DNA of 64,000 bases from an uncultured virus (IMG/VR IMGVR_UViG_3300006919_000039) (Duplodnaviria > Heunggongvirae > Uroviricota > Caudoviricetes). Positions 8,891 to 19,395 of the stretch are shown here, in pieces. Below the pieces are notes generated by a model. That model was not told the origin of the DNA, ran no database searches, and saw only the letters and a program-made list of their open reading frames with translations. The stretch is from the IMG/VR virus record IMGVR_UViG_3300006919_000039. One strand, 5' to 3'. A program made the translations under genes and the position numbers. Position 1 is the stretch's first letter; each line of letters starts with the position of its first letter.

Positions 8891-9202
8891 ATGGCTGAAA
8901 AGCAAATTTCAAATGAAGAGGCAGTATCAGAAGAGCAAGTTGCTGTAGATGGTGCCCCAGAAGGACAAGTCCCAGAAAGTATTGGTTTACAAGACTTACA
9001 ATTATTAGCACAAATTGTTGATCTAGCATCACAAAGAGGTGCCTTTAGAGGTAATGAACTTACGCAAGTAGGTACAGTATTTGATAAACTAAATGCATTT
9101 TTAGGATATGTAGCAGAGCAACAAGCCCAGGCGGCTGAAGCTCAGGCAGAATCAGGTGAGGGCGAAGAAGCACCAGAACCTGAAGCAACAAACGGAGAAT
9201 AA
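8891..9202 (+). CDS. Acidic hypothetical phage protein
   Basis: SD AGGAG; core IVDLASQRGAF; ATAAATA motif upstream. Confidence 0.75.
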   Translation: MAEKQISNEEAVSEEQVAVDGAPEGQVPESIGLQDLQLLAQIVDLASQRGAFRGNELTQVGTVFDKLNAFLGYVAEQQAQAAEAQAESGEGEEAPEPEATNGE

Positions 9203-9203
9203 T

Positions 9204-9779
9204 ATGGCAGATATAATGAAACATGTAGGAGCATATGGAGACAGACCTTGTGTTGTAGTCTTTAGAGAAGTTCCAAACGAGCCTGAAAATTGTCTAATAG
9301 TTGAATCAAGTGCTTTACCAGATAACAAACATGACGACTTAATGAACGTTGTTGCTAGTTTAGAAGGACAAGAAGCAAATGATATTTCAGAAGTTCTTGC
9401 AAGACGTCAATTTAGTGACGGTGCTAACATGCTGAATGATTTACACTTTAGTAAAAAACTACAAAAAGTAGCAACAGATATGGTGTTCTTAACTCCTGTA
9501 CCAAATCAGCGAATTCCCTTATCTGAAGTGAATGTAGAAATCAACAAATTAGATGCTGGATCTAATCCTCCACTTAATACGGAGATAGATTCATCAACTT
9601 TGGCAACACCTAATCCTGTAGAACCAGTAGCAGATGTCAGTGCGGCAGAAGGCATATTGATACAAGCAGAATTAATGGAACAAGATGCTAAGAGTATGTT
9701 GGCAGAAGCAGAAAGCAAAAGGGCAGAAGCATACAAATTAGATCCTAGTTTAAAGCCAAGTAAAAAAGCCAAGAAGTAA
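9204..9779 (+). CDS. Hypothetical phage protein
   Basis: ATG at 9204 after SD GGAG (MADIMKHVG...). Confidence 0.75.
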   Translation: MADIMKHVGAYGDRPCVVVFREVPNEPENCLIVESSALPDNKHDDLMNVVASLEGQEANDISEVLARRQFSDGANMLNDLHFSKKLQKVATDMVFLTPVPNQRIPLSEVNVEINKLDAGSNPPLNTEIDSSTLATPNPVEPVADVSAAEGILIQAELMEQDAKSMLAEAESKRAEAYKLDPSLKPSKKAKK

Positions 9780-10117
9780 TGCCTGATAAGAGCACCAAAA
9801 TTGTGCTCCTAGGTAAACGTACTAAAGAGGGCGAAAATCTTAATCATTTAATTAAAGGTATTCTCCCTCAATTCTTACCTAACGATTTTATATATGAGAT
9901 GTCATTTACATATAATGACGATCATACTTTAAAGATAGAAAGAGAAAACTATCCAGAAACTGTAAATCTAAAAAATCCCCAAGAATTAGTTCAACATATT
10001 CATTATAAATATCCAGAAAGTTTAGACGTAATAGAAATAATATTAAACTTGGATAATATAAAAGGATTTTTAGAAGGAAAATCATCAGAGATTTTAGGTA
10101 AAATTTTTGATGAATAA
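9779..10117 (+). CDS. Hypothetical protein
   Basis: TAATG stop/start coupling with the upstream gene. Confidence 0.65.
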   Translation: MPDKSTKIVLLGKRTKEGENLNHLIKGILPQFLPNDFIYEMSFTYNDDHTLKIERENYPETVNLKNPQELVQHIHYKYPESLDVIEIILNLDNIKGFLEGKSSEILGKIFDE

Positions 10118-10153
10118 TTTATAAAATAAATCCGCATATACCTTTTTAAACTC

Positions 10154-10181
10154 TTGACATATTTGTAATATTTGCTATAAT
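10154..10181 (+). promoter_or_regulatory. Sigma70 promoter
   Basis: TTGACA-N16-TATAAT with TG extension. Confidence 0.8.
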
Positions 10182-10216
10182 ATTGACATAGTTAGGTAAG
10201 TAAGGAGAAGAGAAGA

Positions 10217-10876
10217 ATGTTCCCAACTAAAGAAGTATTATCAGTAAGTGCCGCGGCACACAGAATAAACGAAGGTTTTATCAAAAAAGACCAAGTTCGT
10301 TTCGACGAAAAACATAAAAATAAAACTTGTAACAGTGATTTGTTATACAATCATTTCTACAGAGAAAATGAAAAGTTACAGGTACTTGAAAAAGATACTG
10401 ATCTAGCAGAAATTATTATTGATTATCTTAAGGGTCTTAGTTTTAAAGCAATTGAAAGAGAACTTACAGATTTTGAAAAAAATGTACTTAAACTTGTTAG
10501 TGGAGAAAATATTGAAAAAGAAAAAATTGGTATTGCGGCAAGTTTACCTAAAGTTTATCTAAATAAATTGGAACAGGATTCCTGGACTGACAGAGAAAAT
10601 ATTTTGTCTGCTACAAGCAAAGCTCAAGGAACACTTCATGAAAGAGGTACATTTGATGTTGTTATTGAATTTTGTAGATACATTCCAAGAACCATGAGTT
10701 ACTTGATTACTACTAGTATTGATGATAAACATATACTAAAATTCTTTCATGATAAAAATATTAAAGTAGGTAGTAATATCAAAATAGATGGTTATGTAAA
10801 AAGCCAGGGTAGAGGCAGATACCATAATGGACAAGAAACTATCATCAATAGAATTAAGGTTCACGAAGACGTATGA
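10217..10876 (+). CDS. Hypothetical early protein with a probable C-terminal OB fold
   Basis: C-terminus KVGSNIKIDGYVK...YHNGQETIINRIK. Confidence 0.6.
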   Translation: MFPTKEVLSVSAAAHRINEGFIKKDQVRFDEKHKNKTCNSDLLYNHFYRENEKLQVLEKDTDLAEIIIDYLKGLSFKAIERELTDFEKNVLKLVSGENIEKEKIGIAASLPKVYLNKLEQDSWTDRENILSATSKAQGTLHERGTFDVVIEFCRYIPRTMSYLITTSIDDKHILKFFHDKNIKVGSNIKIDGYVKSQGRGRYHNGQETIINRIKVHEDV

Positions 10877-11700
10877 GTAGATTAGTTACTATAGGATGTA
10901 GCCTTACAGAGTATGCTTACCCAACTTGGGCTGATATGGTTGGAACACATTTTGATGAATATTATAATCTAGGAAATCCTGGCTGTGGGCATAATTACAT
11001 GCTAAACATCTTCACTGAAGCAGATTTGATATTAAAATTAGGAAAGGGAGATACTGTTATTGTAATGTCTACATCAATGACTAGGAGTGATGTTTTTCTT
11101 CCTCAAAAACTTCCAGGCAAAGAAAATTATTGGGGATGGCAAGGTTCTGGAAATGTTTGGCATAAATTTAAAGACGATCCTACATTTTTAAAACGGCATT
11201 ATAGTAATACTTATGCTGTAATGCAAACACTTTCATCGTTAAAGTCTATAAAAGATATTTGTAATTATAAAAATATTAATTTTATATTATTAAAAGGATT
11301 TTCAACTGAACAAATTTTATCTGAACAGTTCGAAACTATAAATTTAGAATTTTTTAAAAATCGAATAGATAATCTTTTCGAAAAAAACTATGCTAAAAGT
11401 TTTTATGAAAGATTTACAAATGAAGATGATATTTTATATGGCTATGAATATGACGACACAGAACAAATAGACCATCATCCTACAATTACACAGCATAATT
11501 CTTTTTTAAAAGATGTATTACCTCAATATGCTATTTCAGATGAATACGTTCTTATGCTTGAAAAACGATTAGATTTATCTAGTCAAGAAAACAATAGGAA
11601 TCTTAAAATATTTGAAAAAATGAGAGGTAAAAAATTAGGTAGTTTAATTACTAGAGATTTTAGTAATTATAATATGAAAAATTTTATATACTCTGATTAG
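10873..11700 (+). CDS. SGNH/GDSL-like hydrolase-fold protein
   Basis: IGCSLT, NLGNPGCG, C-terminal DHHP. Confidence 0.6.
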   Translation: MSRLVTIGCSLTEYAYPTWADMVGTHFDEYYNLGNPGCGHNYMLNIFTEADLILKLGKGDTVIVMSTSMTRSDVFLPQKLPGKENYWGWQGSGNVWHKFKDDPTFLKRHYSNTYAVMQTLSSLKSIKDICNYKNINFILLKGFSTEQILSEQFETINLEFFKNRIDNLFEKNYAKSFYERFTNEDDILYGYEYDDTEQIDHHPTITQHNSFLKDVLPQYAISDEYVLMLEKRLDLSSQENNRNLKIFEKMRGKKLGSLITRDFSNYNMKNFIYSD

Positions 11701-12991
11701 CAATTAGCCATTCACTTTCGGTTTTAAACCAGTCTGTATTTACTAAATGATTAAAATTAAATTTTAAATCTTCTTCTAGACTTTTATAAAATTCAATATT
11801 ACATCCTAGATTATTATAGTGATTTACTGCCTGTTCTAAACTCGTTAAAAATTCCCTTACGTCTGTTCCTGCATATCGATGATCGTTATTATTTAAAAAT
11901 AGATGTTCAAAAGTTTTAAATCCTAAGTCTCTTAAAAACTCATGATTGCGTCTGTGTCCAATTACTAAGAATGGCAAATGATTTAATATAGGCCATAATA
12001 TTTTTTCAGACAAAATACTAATATCTTTATCAAAAATGTTCATATCGTGAGTTTCAGCAACTAACTCATAATAAACTTCTCTACGTTGTTGGTTTATTAT
12101 GTGATTTAGTCTTTGATTATCCGTATCGTCTAAATGCATTTTATAAGGAAAATTTCTTAAAAAGGTAGTTATTTTATCTTTTTCTTCTGGTACATTACTA
12201 ACATTACAAATTAGCTCTATTCGTTCTTTCAACTCATCCTTTGTTAATTCCTGGCCTATATCTATTCCTAAAAATGTAAACACACCTTTATCTAAATACG
12301 GTGTTAATTTTAATGCTGACAAACATCTTATATCTCTTAAAAGTCTATTCAAGAATATAAAGGTTTTTGATTTTATGTTTTCATATTTTATATGATCTTC
12401 AAATTTAACTAATGAGTTATAATGTGAATTATCTTGATCTAAATAAAATTTTCCCTGATTTAAAAATTCTGTACTAAAAATATCAAATATTTTTCTTTGA
12501 TTTAAATTATGTGGTTGTCGGTGAACTTTTGATATGCCGTGTATAGCAATATTATTTGTATTTAATCCTTTAGATGACAGTAATGTATCTAATGACATTA
12601 TTTTATGATCTAATCTATTTAAGTTATTTTGTCCTACATCTATATAGTCATGTGTATGTTCTAACGGTTGGCTTAATAAAATTGGAATATTATGTTGTTT
12701 TAAAATATTTATAGTATCTTGTGTTAAAAATCTTGCCCATATTGTATTAAATCTGTCTATAGTGTGCGGCATAGTAACCAGATAATATGCTGGGTGTGAG
12801 GCATCATATTCTTGTATAGTTATATTTTTGTAATGTTCTGTCTTAAATCTTTTGTTCCAGGCATTATGGTTTCTATCTTTCCATTCTATATTATAATCTC
12901 CTGAATGCTGGATTGCTAAATCTTGCACAAGATCATTGATGCATAGGAAATCATTAGGTCCTTTCTTTTCTGTAATTATTTGTATCATCAT
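11684..12991 (-). CDS. Glycosyltransferase-like protein (SEK..PF..G..GF.TF family)
   Basis: ELVAET...LSEKILWPILNHLPFLVIG...LGFKTF. Paralogs at 47130 and 61478. Confidence 0.5.
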   Translation of the reverse strand: MMIQIITEKKGPNDFLCINDLVQDLAIQHSGDYNIEWKDRNHNAWNKRFKTEHYKNITIQEYDASHPAYYLVTMPHTIDRFNTIWARFLTQDTINILKQHNIPILLSQPLEHTHDYIDVGQNNLNRLDHKIMSLDTLLSSKGLNTNNIAIHGISKVHRQPHNLNQRKIFDIFSTEFLNQGKFYLDQDNSHYNSLVKFEDHIKYENIKSKTFIFLNRLLRDIRCLSALKLTPYLDKGVFTFLGIDIGQELTKDELKERIELICNVSNVPEEKDKITTFLRNFPYKMHLDDTDNQRLNHIINQQRREVYYELVAETHDMNIFDKDISILSEKILWPILNHLPFLVIGHRRNHEFLRDLGFKTFEHLFLNNNDHRYAGTDVREFLTSLEQAVNHYNNLGCNIEFYKSLEEDLKFNFNHLVNTDWFKTESEWLIANQSI

Positions 12992-13006
12992 TTATATTTA
13001 TTACCA

Positions 13007-13014
13007 GATAAATA
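13007..13014 (+). promoter_or_regulatory. Late-type promoter GATAAATA
   Basis: Octamer 30 nt upstream of the ATG at 13045. Confidence 0.55.
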
Positions 13015-13044
13015 GTAATACACAGTTAAAAGGAGTAGCATATA

Positions 13045-13347
13045 ATGGCGGACATAGAGAAAAAAACTGTACAGATAGAACTAGAAGTAGATACAAAAAC
13101 AGTAGATAGCAGTAAAAATCCATATCAAAAATGGATAGATTTAGCAAAAGCCGTAGACGCATGGAGAATATTTCCCAGAGCATTTTTAAGTGTTTACATA
13201 TTTTTGCTATATTATTCCACAATCTGGTTTATGGGACTTGAAAATCCAAGTCTTGAACAGAGTGGTTTGATAAGTATTATTGTTGGTGCTGGTGCGGCCT
13301 GGTTTGGTTTGTACGCAGGAACAAGTAAAAATAAAAACAGTGATTAA
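13045..13347 (+). CDS. Small two-TM membrane protein (holin-like)
   Basis: DAWRIFPR followed by two hydrophobic segments and a basic tail. Confidence 0.55.
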   Translation: MADIEKKTVQIELEVDTKTVDSSKNPYQKWIDLAKAVDAWRIFPRAFLSVYIFLLYYSTIWFMGLENPSLEQSGLISIIVGAGAAWFGLYAGTSKNKNSD

Positions 13348-13483
13348 AAAAATTTTAAAATGGCACAAAGATTTTACTACTAAAATGGTAGCCAAGTTGC
13401 CTTCAGAATATGTGGCTTTATGGATAGCCTGGTTTGAGGGTCTTGTATTAGGTGGTATAATTGTTTGGGCAATAATGAGATAA
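13340..13483 (+). CDS. Small membrane protein (47 aa, GTG start)
   Basis: Overlaps the upstream stop; hydrophobic C-terminus YVALWIAWFEGLVLGGIIVW. Confidence 0.55.
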   Translation: MIKKILKWHKDFTTKMVAKLPSEYVALWIAWFEGLVLGGIIVWAIMR

Positions 13484-13484
13484 T

Positions 13485-13793
13485 ATGTTTGTAAAACACT
13501 TTGTAAGAATGTTGACACGAGAAGAACTTTCTGATCAGGAAGTAATAGTGTATTATGATATTGTTCAAAGTATTGTGGAAACAAAATTACTTACTGCATA
13601 TGACGAGAAAAAATCTAAAGTTGGTGTGGAAGTAATGGCATACACTTCAGAAGATTCAGAAGGTGATATGTGGATATATGAAATTGTATTACAAGAGCAT
13701 ATAGACTCAGATGAAGGAGATGCTATCTCAGAAATGCTATTTGATGAATTTGACGATATTCAATTTACATTTGAAGCATCTATAGAGGTATAA
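13485..13793 (+). CDS. Acidic hypothetical protein
   Basis: 102-aa ORF in operon. Confidence 0.65.
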   Translation: MFVKHFVRMLTREELSDQEVIVYYDIVQSIVETKLLTAYDEKKSKVGVEVMAYTSEDSEGDMWIYEIVLQEHIDSDEGDAISEMLFDEFDDIQFTFEASIEV

Positions 13794-13796
13794 CAT

Positions 13797-14627
13797 ATGG
13801 CATATAATCATCCATCAACAGGAACAGGTGCAAACTGGCAATTAAACAATATGCATACTGCAATGGATCGCAACAGCACTGGCGAGCCAGTTCTTCGCAC
13901 AGTGGGTGGTTCATTGGATTACAGCATCAGTATATCAAGCGGTAATTTAGAAGGTGTTGCATACATTGAAAAGTTTGGCATGAACGAAGATGTAGACGGC
14001 AACAAAGAAACCATATGGGACGGCGGCGCACTTTACGATTATTTGACTGCTCCCGAAACTGTGAGTGTGACCAGCAGTAGCGGTAACGACAGTGCATCTG
14101 GCACAGGTGCCAGAACCGTTCAAGTACAAGGTTTGGATGCTGACTATAACGTGGTAACAGAGAGTGTTACTGTGGGTGGCCCAGCAGGGTCACAGCAATT
14201 CCTACGTGTGTTTCGTGTGCTAGTTGTAACATCTGGAACACTTGGTACTAATGCTGGTGTTATCAGTGTTACCAGTACAGGAACTGCCAAAACACTTGCA
14301 AAAATTGTTGTGTCAGGCGGCAGTGGTTTAGGGCAAACATTTATGGCATTGTACACAGTTCCTGCAGGTAAAACAGCATATCTCACACAATGGACTGTTG
14401 GCTCTGGCAAGCAGAATACAGATGCTATCTGTTTCCTAGCATGTAGACCGTTGGGTGGCAGTTGGAACAGCAAGGACGTGATCACAGTCAGTGCTACCAC
14501 ATCATTTAAAAACTACACTATACCGATGATGTTTGAAGAAAAAGCAGACATTGAGATTAGAGGATACTCATCTACTAACAACAGTTTAGTCAGTAGCACA
14601 TTTAATCTTGTTCTCATCGACAACTAA
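13797..14627 (+). CDS. Hypothetical beta-rich phage protein (possibly virion-associated)
   Basis: IEKFG..ETIW..SSSGND..GTGARTV..GLDADY..YTVPAGKTAYL. Visibly more GC-rich than neighbours. Confidence 0.6.
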   Translation: MAYNHPSTGTGANWQLNNMHTAMDRNSTGEPVLRTVGGSLDYSISISSGNLEGVAYIEKFGMNEDVDGNKETIWDGGALYDYLTAPETVSVTSSSGNDSASGTGARTVQVQGLDADYNVVTESVTVGGPAGSQQFLRVFRVLVVTSGTLGTNAGVISVTSTGTAKTLAKIVVSGGSGLGQTFMALYTVPAGKTAYLTQWTVGSGKQNTDAICFLACRPLGGSWNSKDVITVSATTSFKNYTIPMMFEEKADIEIRGYSSTNNSLVSSTFNLVLIDN

Positions 14628-14827
14628 TGATTGTAACAGTTCATTATCTAGACAACGAATTCGTTGCTTTTGACGAAAATGGAAATAGCATAAAAAATAG
14701 AGCAATACTAGAACAAATTTCGTTCGAGCCATTCCCAGGCTATAAAGGTGTTATACACTTAAAAATTCCGGACCAACCAACCCAAGAGATTGTACCAGTC
14801 GATATTAAAATAAATCTATTGACATAG
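14627..14827 (+). CDS. Hypothetical protein
   Basis: TAATG coupling; 66 aa. Confidence 0.55.
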   Translation: MIVTVHYLDNEFVAFDENGNSIKNRAILEQISFEPFPGYKGVIHLKIPDQPTQEIVPVDIKINLLT

Positions 14828-14846
14828 CCAGAATTTCTGTTATACT
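14819..14846 (+). promoter_or_regulatory. Sigma70 promoter
   Basis: TTGACA-N16-TATACT with TG extension. Confidence 0.7.
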
Positions 14847-14886
14847 AATATTCATTTAATTAAATATTATTATATAAGGAATAAAT

Positions 14887-15150
14887 ATGTCGTTCAATAA
14901 AGTATTCAATCAAGAAGAAGTCGCAAGGCTTAAAAAATTAATCCAGGAAGGAGATCAAGTCCTTCATGAAGTCGATGCTCTTAGCACAGGACTCAGAGAA
15001 ACAGTTAAAGCAATAGCAGAAGAGATGGACATTAAACCATCTATCCTGATGAAAGCAGTTAAAGTAGCCCACAAAGCCAAGTTTACAGATGAACGTGATA
15101 ACTTTGATGAGCTAGAAACAATTTTAGAAGTTGTTGGAAAAACACTTTAG
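14887..15150 (+). CDS. Small helical dsDNA-binding protein (T4 DsbA/GapR-like)
   Basis: 87 aa coiled-coil followed by AEEMDIKPSILMKAVKVAHK; upstream of the polymerase. Confidence 0.55.
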   Translation: MSFNKVFNQEEVARLKKLIQEGDQVLHEVDALSTGLRETVKAIAEEMDIKPSILMKAVKVAHKAKFTDERDNFDELETILEVVGKTL

Positions 15151-15153
15151 TTG

Positions 15154-15181
15154 TTGACTAATAATTGAAAACCGTTATAAT
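15154..15181 (+). promoter_or_regulatory. Sigma70 promoter
   Basis: TTGACT-N16-TATAAT. Confidence 0.65.
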
Positions 15182-15204
15182 AAAGTTTTACAGGTAAATT
15201 ATCT

Positions 15205-17886
15205 ATGAGTTATGTAGACGCATTTTATGAGCAGTCTAAGGATATCGTAACCGTCATTGAAAGAGTTGATGGCGAACGTATCATTAAAGAACTTAAACCT
15301 GTACACAATTTTTATTATAAAGATCCTAAAGGTAAATCCACAAGTATATATGGCGATCCTGTAACAGAGGTACGTTGTGCTAATATAAAAGATTTTAAAA
15401 AGAATGTTGGTATAAACAAACATAATGGCTTATATGAGAGTGATATAAGACCTCTTAATAAAACACTCGCAGAGCATTATACAAATGGACAAGCACCTAA
15501 ATTACAAACAGCATTTATAGATATTGAGGCAGACTTTGATCCTGCTAGAGGATATAGTAGCCCTCAAGACCCATATTCAATAATAACAGCAATAGGTGTT
15601 TATTTAGACTGGATGGACAGCATGATATGTTTGGCTGTGCCTCCTAAAAGAATATCTTTTGAGCAGGCAAAAGAAATGACAAAGCACATGCCTGAGGTTA
15701 TCTTGTACAAAACAGAAAAAGAAATGCTAGATGCATTTTTAACAGTTATAGATGATGCAGATATTATAAGTGGTTGGAATAGTGAGGGTTATGATATACC
15801 TTACATTGTAAACCGTATTATAAGAGTTATGGGTAAAGCAGAAACTAGAAGGCTTTGCTTGTTAAAAAAATTACCAAAAGAAAGAAAGTTTGAACAATAT
15901 GGCAGAGAAATTACCAGTTACGACCTAGTTGGTCGGGTTCATCTAGACTATCTTAACTTATATAGAAAATACAATTATGAAGAACGACATAGTTATAGGC
16001 TAGACTTTATAGGTGAGATGGAAGTAGGCGAGACTAAAGTTCCTTATGAAGGTAGTCTAGATAGACTTTATAACCATGACTTTGAAAAGTTTTTAGAATA
16101 TAATATACAAGACGTTATGCTGTTGGCTAAAATGGATAAGAAGTTACAATTTATAGATTTAGCAAACATTATTGCACATGAAAATACAATATTATTACCT
16201 CAAACAATGGGTGCTGTAGCAACAACAGAACAAGCAATTATTAATGAAGCACACAGAAGAGATTTTGTAGTGCCTGATAGGCCTAAAGCATCTGACAGAG
16301 ACCAGGCGGCTGGTGCCTTTGTGGCAACTCCTAAGAAAGGATATCATGAATGGGTAGGCAGTATGGACTTAAACAGTCTGTATCCTAGTGTATTTAGAGC
16401 ATTGAATATGGCACCTGAAACTATTGTTGGGCAGTTGCGTTTAGATTATACAGAAGAAACAATAAACAATGCTATGCGATTAGAAAAGAAATCATTTAGT
16501 GATGCATGGCATGGAAAGTTTGGTACTGATGAGTTTGAGTTTGTTAGGGATAAAGATGTAGACCATATAATGCATTTAGATATGGAAGATGGTGCTAGTA
16601 TTGAGGTAACTGGTGCTGATGTTCATACTTTAGTATTTAACAGCGGCCAGCCTTGGAACATAAGTGCTAATGGTACTATTTTTAAAACAGACTTCCAGGG
16701 TATTGTTCCTGGACTATTAGAACGTTGGTATGCAGAAAGACAAGAAATGCAGAAGAAGAAAAAGGAGGCAACGGATTCTGAGGAGATAGCATTTTGGGAT
16801 AAAAGACAGTTGGTTAAAAAGATTCAGTTAAACAGTTTGTATGGTGCTATACTTAATCCAGGTTGTAGATTTTATGATAAACGTATAGGTCAGAGTACAA
16901 CATTAACAGGCAGAAGTATTACTAGACATATGGGAGCTCAAACTAATCTCATGTTTACTGGAGAGTATGATCATGAAGGAGACACAATAATTTATGGAGA
17001 TACTGACTCTGTATATTTTACTGCCGTTCCAGCCTTGCCAGAAGGAGAGGAGTTAAACATGGATAGTGCTATTGCATTATATGATCATGTTTCAGATAAA
17101 GTAAGTGAAACTTTCCCACAGTATCTAAAAGACACATTTAATGTGCCGTTAGAAACAGGACAGGTAATGAAAGCAGGTAGAGAAGTTGTTGGCAGATCTG
17201 GTTTGTTTCTAACCAAGAAGAGATACGCAATATTTTGTTTAGATATAGAAGGTTATCAACCTGAAGGCGGTAAACTTAAAGCAATGGGTTTAGAGATTAA
17301 ACGTAGTGATACTCCTGAATTTATTCAAGACTTTTTAGAAGAAACTTTGGTAGACTGTTTACAAGGCATGGGCGAAGATCATGCTATACAAAAAATTAAA
17401 GATTTTAAGGAATACTTTAAAGGTTTAGAGCCTTGGAAGAAAGGTATGCCTAAACGTGCAAACAATGTTACTATGTACACCGCCAAACTAATGGCTAAGG
17501 CTAAAGTGCCTGAAAATTACAGACTACACAAACTAGATGCTGTTAAAAATGAAGGGCAAAGTAACATGGTTCCAGGGCATGTAAGAGCAAGTATAAACTG
17601 GAATAACTTAAGACAAGCAAACAGCGACAACTACAGCCTTCCTATAACTGATGGTATGAAAGTGGTTGTTTGTAAATTAAAGAACAATCCCATGGGATAT
17701 ACGAGCGTCGCATATCCTACAGATGAACTGAACTTACCACAATGGTTTAAAGAGTTGCCTTTTGATGAAGAAGCAATGGAAGAAAGTGTTGTGGATAAAA
17801 AAGTAGAAAATGTATTAGGTCCATTTGGATACGATTTAAGTAGGACTACAGAAAGTGAGACACTTTCTACATTTTTTGAATTTTGA
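15205..17886 (+). CDS. Family B DNA polymerase (gp43-like)
   Basis: ExoI DIE, ExoII GWNSEGYD, ExoIII YNIQD; polymerase motifs DLNSLYPS, KIQLNSLYG, YGDTDS, KKRY. Confidence 0.97.
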   Translation: MSYVDAFYEQSKDIVTVIERVDGERIIKELKPVHNFYYKDPKGKSTSIYGDPVTEVRCANIKDFKKNVGINKHNGLYESDIRPLNKTLAEHYTNGQAPKLQTAFIDIEADFDPARGYSSPQDPYSIITAIGVYLDWMDSMICLAVPPKRISFEQAKEMTKHMPEVILYKTEKEMLDAFLTVIDDADIISGWNSEGYDIPYIVNRIIRVMGKAETRRLCLLKKLPKERKFEQYGREITSYDLVGRVHLDYLNLYRKYNYEERHSYRLDFIGEMEVGETKVPYEGSLDRLYNHDFEKFLEYNIQDVMLLAKMDKKLQFIDLANIIAHENTILLPQTMGAVATTEQAIINEAHRRDFVVPDRPKASDRDQAAGAFVATPKKGYHEWVGSMDLNSLYPSVFRALNMAPETIVGQLRLDYTEETINNAMRLEKKSFSDAWHGKFGTDEFEFVRDKDVDHIMHLDMEDGASIEVTGADVHTLVFNSGQPWNISANGTIFKTDFQGIVPGLLERWYAERQEMQKKKKEATDSEEIAFWDKRQLVKKIQLNSLYGAILNPGCRFYDKRIGQSTTLTGRSITRHMGAQTNLMFTGEYDHEGDTIIYGDTDSVYFTAVPALPEGEELNMDSAIALYDHVSDKVSETFPQYLKDTFNVPLETGQVMKAGREVVGRSGLFLTKKRYAIFCLDIEGYQPEGGKLKAMGLEIKRSDTPEFIQDFLEETLVDCLQGMGEDHAIQKIKDFKEYFKGLEPWKKGMPKRANNVTMYTAKLMAKAKVPENYRLHKLDAVKNEGQSNMVPGHVRASINWNNLRQANSDNYSLPITDGMKVVVCKLKNNPMGYTSVAYPTDELNLPQWFKELPFDEEAMEESVVDKKVENVLGPFGYDLSRTTESETLSTFFEF

Positions 17887-17910
17887 TCTAAAAAAACTGG
17901 TAAAAATATG

Positions 17911-17939
17911 TTGACAGATCTAAATAATAAGTGTATAAT
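17911..17939 (+). promoter_or_regulatory. Sigma70 promoter
   Basis: TTGACA-N17-TATAAT. Confidence 0.8.
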
Positions 17940-17964
17940 AGCAATATATTCTTGGAGATAAAAT

Positions 17965-18711
17965 ATGGCAATTAAAGATGTATTTAAAGATGTTCTAAAA
18001 CACACACATGGTTTAGGTATTTTTGATATGGTTAAGGTTACTGGAACATTAGATAAAACAGAAATTGAAACTGTTGATGCTGATAAAACTGTAATTTTTA
18101 AAGGAGAAACAATTAATCCAGTACCTGAGTTTGTTGACTCGACTGTAGGTTTGAGCAGAATGCAAGTGCTACAAGGTTACTTACAATATCCTGGATTTGA
18201 TGACGAAAATGCAAAACAGGAAGTTGTTATGCAGGAAAGGAATGGAGAAAATATTCCTGTAGAAATTAAATTTACTGCGTCAGACGGAAACGATGCACAC
18301 TATAGATTTATGTTAGCAGATGTAGTAAATCAGCAACTTAAAGCAATTAAATTTAAAGGTGCTGATTTCGATGTAAACATAGTTCCTACACAAAAGAACT
18401 TAAAAGATTTAGGCTACTTTAATAGTGTGTTAGGCGGTTTTGAGGCAAACTTTAGTCCTAAAACTGATGGCACTAGTTTATGGTTTCATATTGGTGATGG
18501 CGTTAGTGACAGAACTAAAATTTTAATTAGTAATGAAATTGACGGTAGTATTACTAAAGATTGGAGATGGCCACTTGATATTGTACTTAAAATTTTAAGA
18601 TTAAGTGATTCAGGTAATTGTGTAATGAGCATTAATGATCAAGGCCTTTTACAAATTATTGTAGATAGTGGTATTGGAAAATACACATACCTACTTCCAG
18701 CAAGAAGTTAA
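17965..18711 (+). CDS. Probable sliding clamp (gp45/PCNA-like)
   Basis: 248 aa, directly after the polymerase; two-domain alpha/beta pattern ending YTYLLPA. Confidence 0.6.
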   Translation: MAIKDVFKDVLKHTHGLGIFDMVKVTGTLDKTEIETVDADKTVIFKGETINPVPEFVDSTVGLSRMQVLQGYLQYPGFDDENAKQEVVMQERNGENIPVEIKFTASDGNDAHYRFMLADVVNQQLKAIKFKGADFDVNIVPTQKNLKDLGYFNSVLGGFEANFSPKTDGTSLWFHIGDGVSDRTKILISNEIDGSITKDWRWPLDIVLKILRLSDSGNCVMSINDQGLLQIIVDSGIGKYTYLLPARS

Positions 18712-19395
18712 ATGGACGAAAGTAAAATAGAAAAATATTACAAATTAAGTATTGCAACTATATTAATTGCATTCTTTTTATTTTTAGGCTTTCCAGTGAG
18801 TGCTAAAGGTAGTGCTAGTTTAGGAGGAACCTTTGTAAATAGTGACTCCGCTACTGCTACTGGAAGTTTCAATTATCAGTGGGAACAGAAAAACTGGCAA
18901 CAAACATTTGAAAGTGATTACCAGTTTAAAGAAGAAGATAACAAAGAAACAATGAACGAATTGTTCCTTAATACTAAAGCAAATTATACTTTTACTCCAA
19001 AACACTATGTATTTGGTGTTGCTCAATATGATTACGATAAGTTTAGATCAGATGGAGATAGAAAAGTTTTAGGTTTTGGATATGGATATAAACTACTTAG
19101 AACTGAAAGAGTTAAAGCAAGTAATGAATTTTCAATAGCACAACTGAATACTGATACTATAAGTGAAATGATTTACAGGAACAGTTTATGGTTTCTTTTC
19201 GGTATTACTGATACTATAAATTTTACAAATAAATTTTTATATGAAGAAGGTAGTGATAGTAAAGTTTTTATCAGAAACGAAACTGCCTTAAACTATAATT
19301 TTAGCAATGGGATTATTTTTAGTTTAAAAAATACTTACACAGAAGATCCTATAGATAATAATGTTTTAAGTTTTTCAATAGGTAAAAAATGGTAG
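18712..19395 (+). CDS. Outer-membrane beta-barrel protein, DUF481/YdiY-like
   Basis: Signal peptide, alternating beta-strands, YDYDKF..GFGYGYKL, C-terminal SIGKKW. Confidence 0.75.
   Translation: MDESKIEKYYKLSIATILIAFFLFLGFPVSAKGSASLGGTFVNSDSATATGSFNYQWEQKNWQQTFESDYQFKEEDNKETMNELFLNTKANYTFTPKHYVFGVAQYDYDKFRSDGDRKVLGFGYGYKLLRTERVKASNEFSIAQLNTDTISEMIYRNSLWFLFGITDTINFTNKFLYEEGSDSKVFIRNETALNYNFSNGIIFSLKNTYTEDPIDNNVLSFSIGKKW

Noticed and set aside
15205..17886. Intron or intein in the DNA polymerase
   Set aside because: The ORF is continuous and of ordinary length, with no intein terminal motifs or homing endonuclease.
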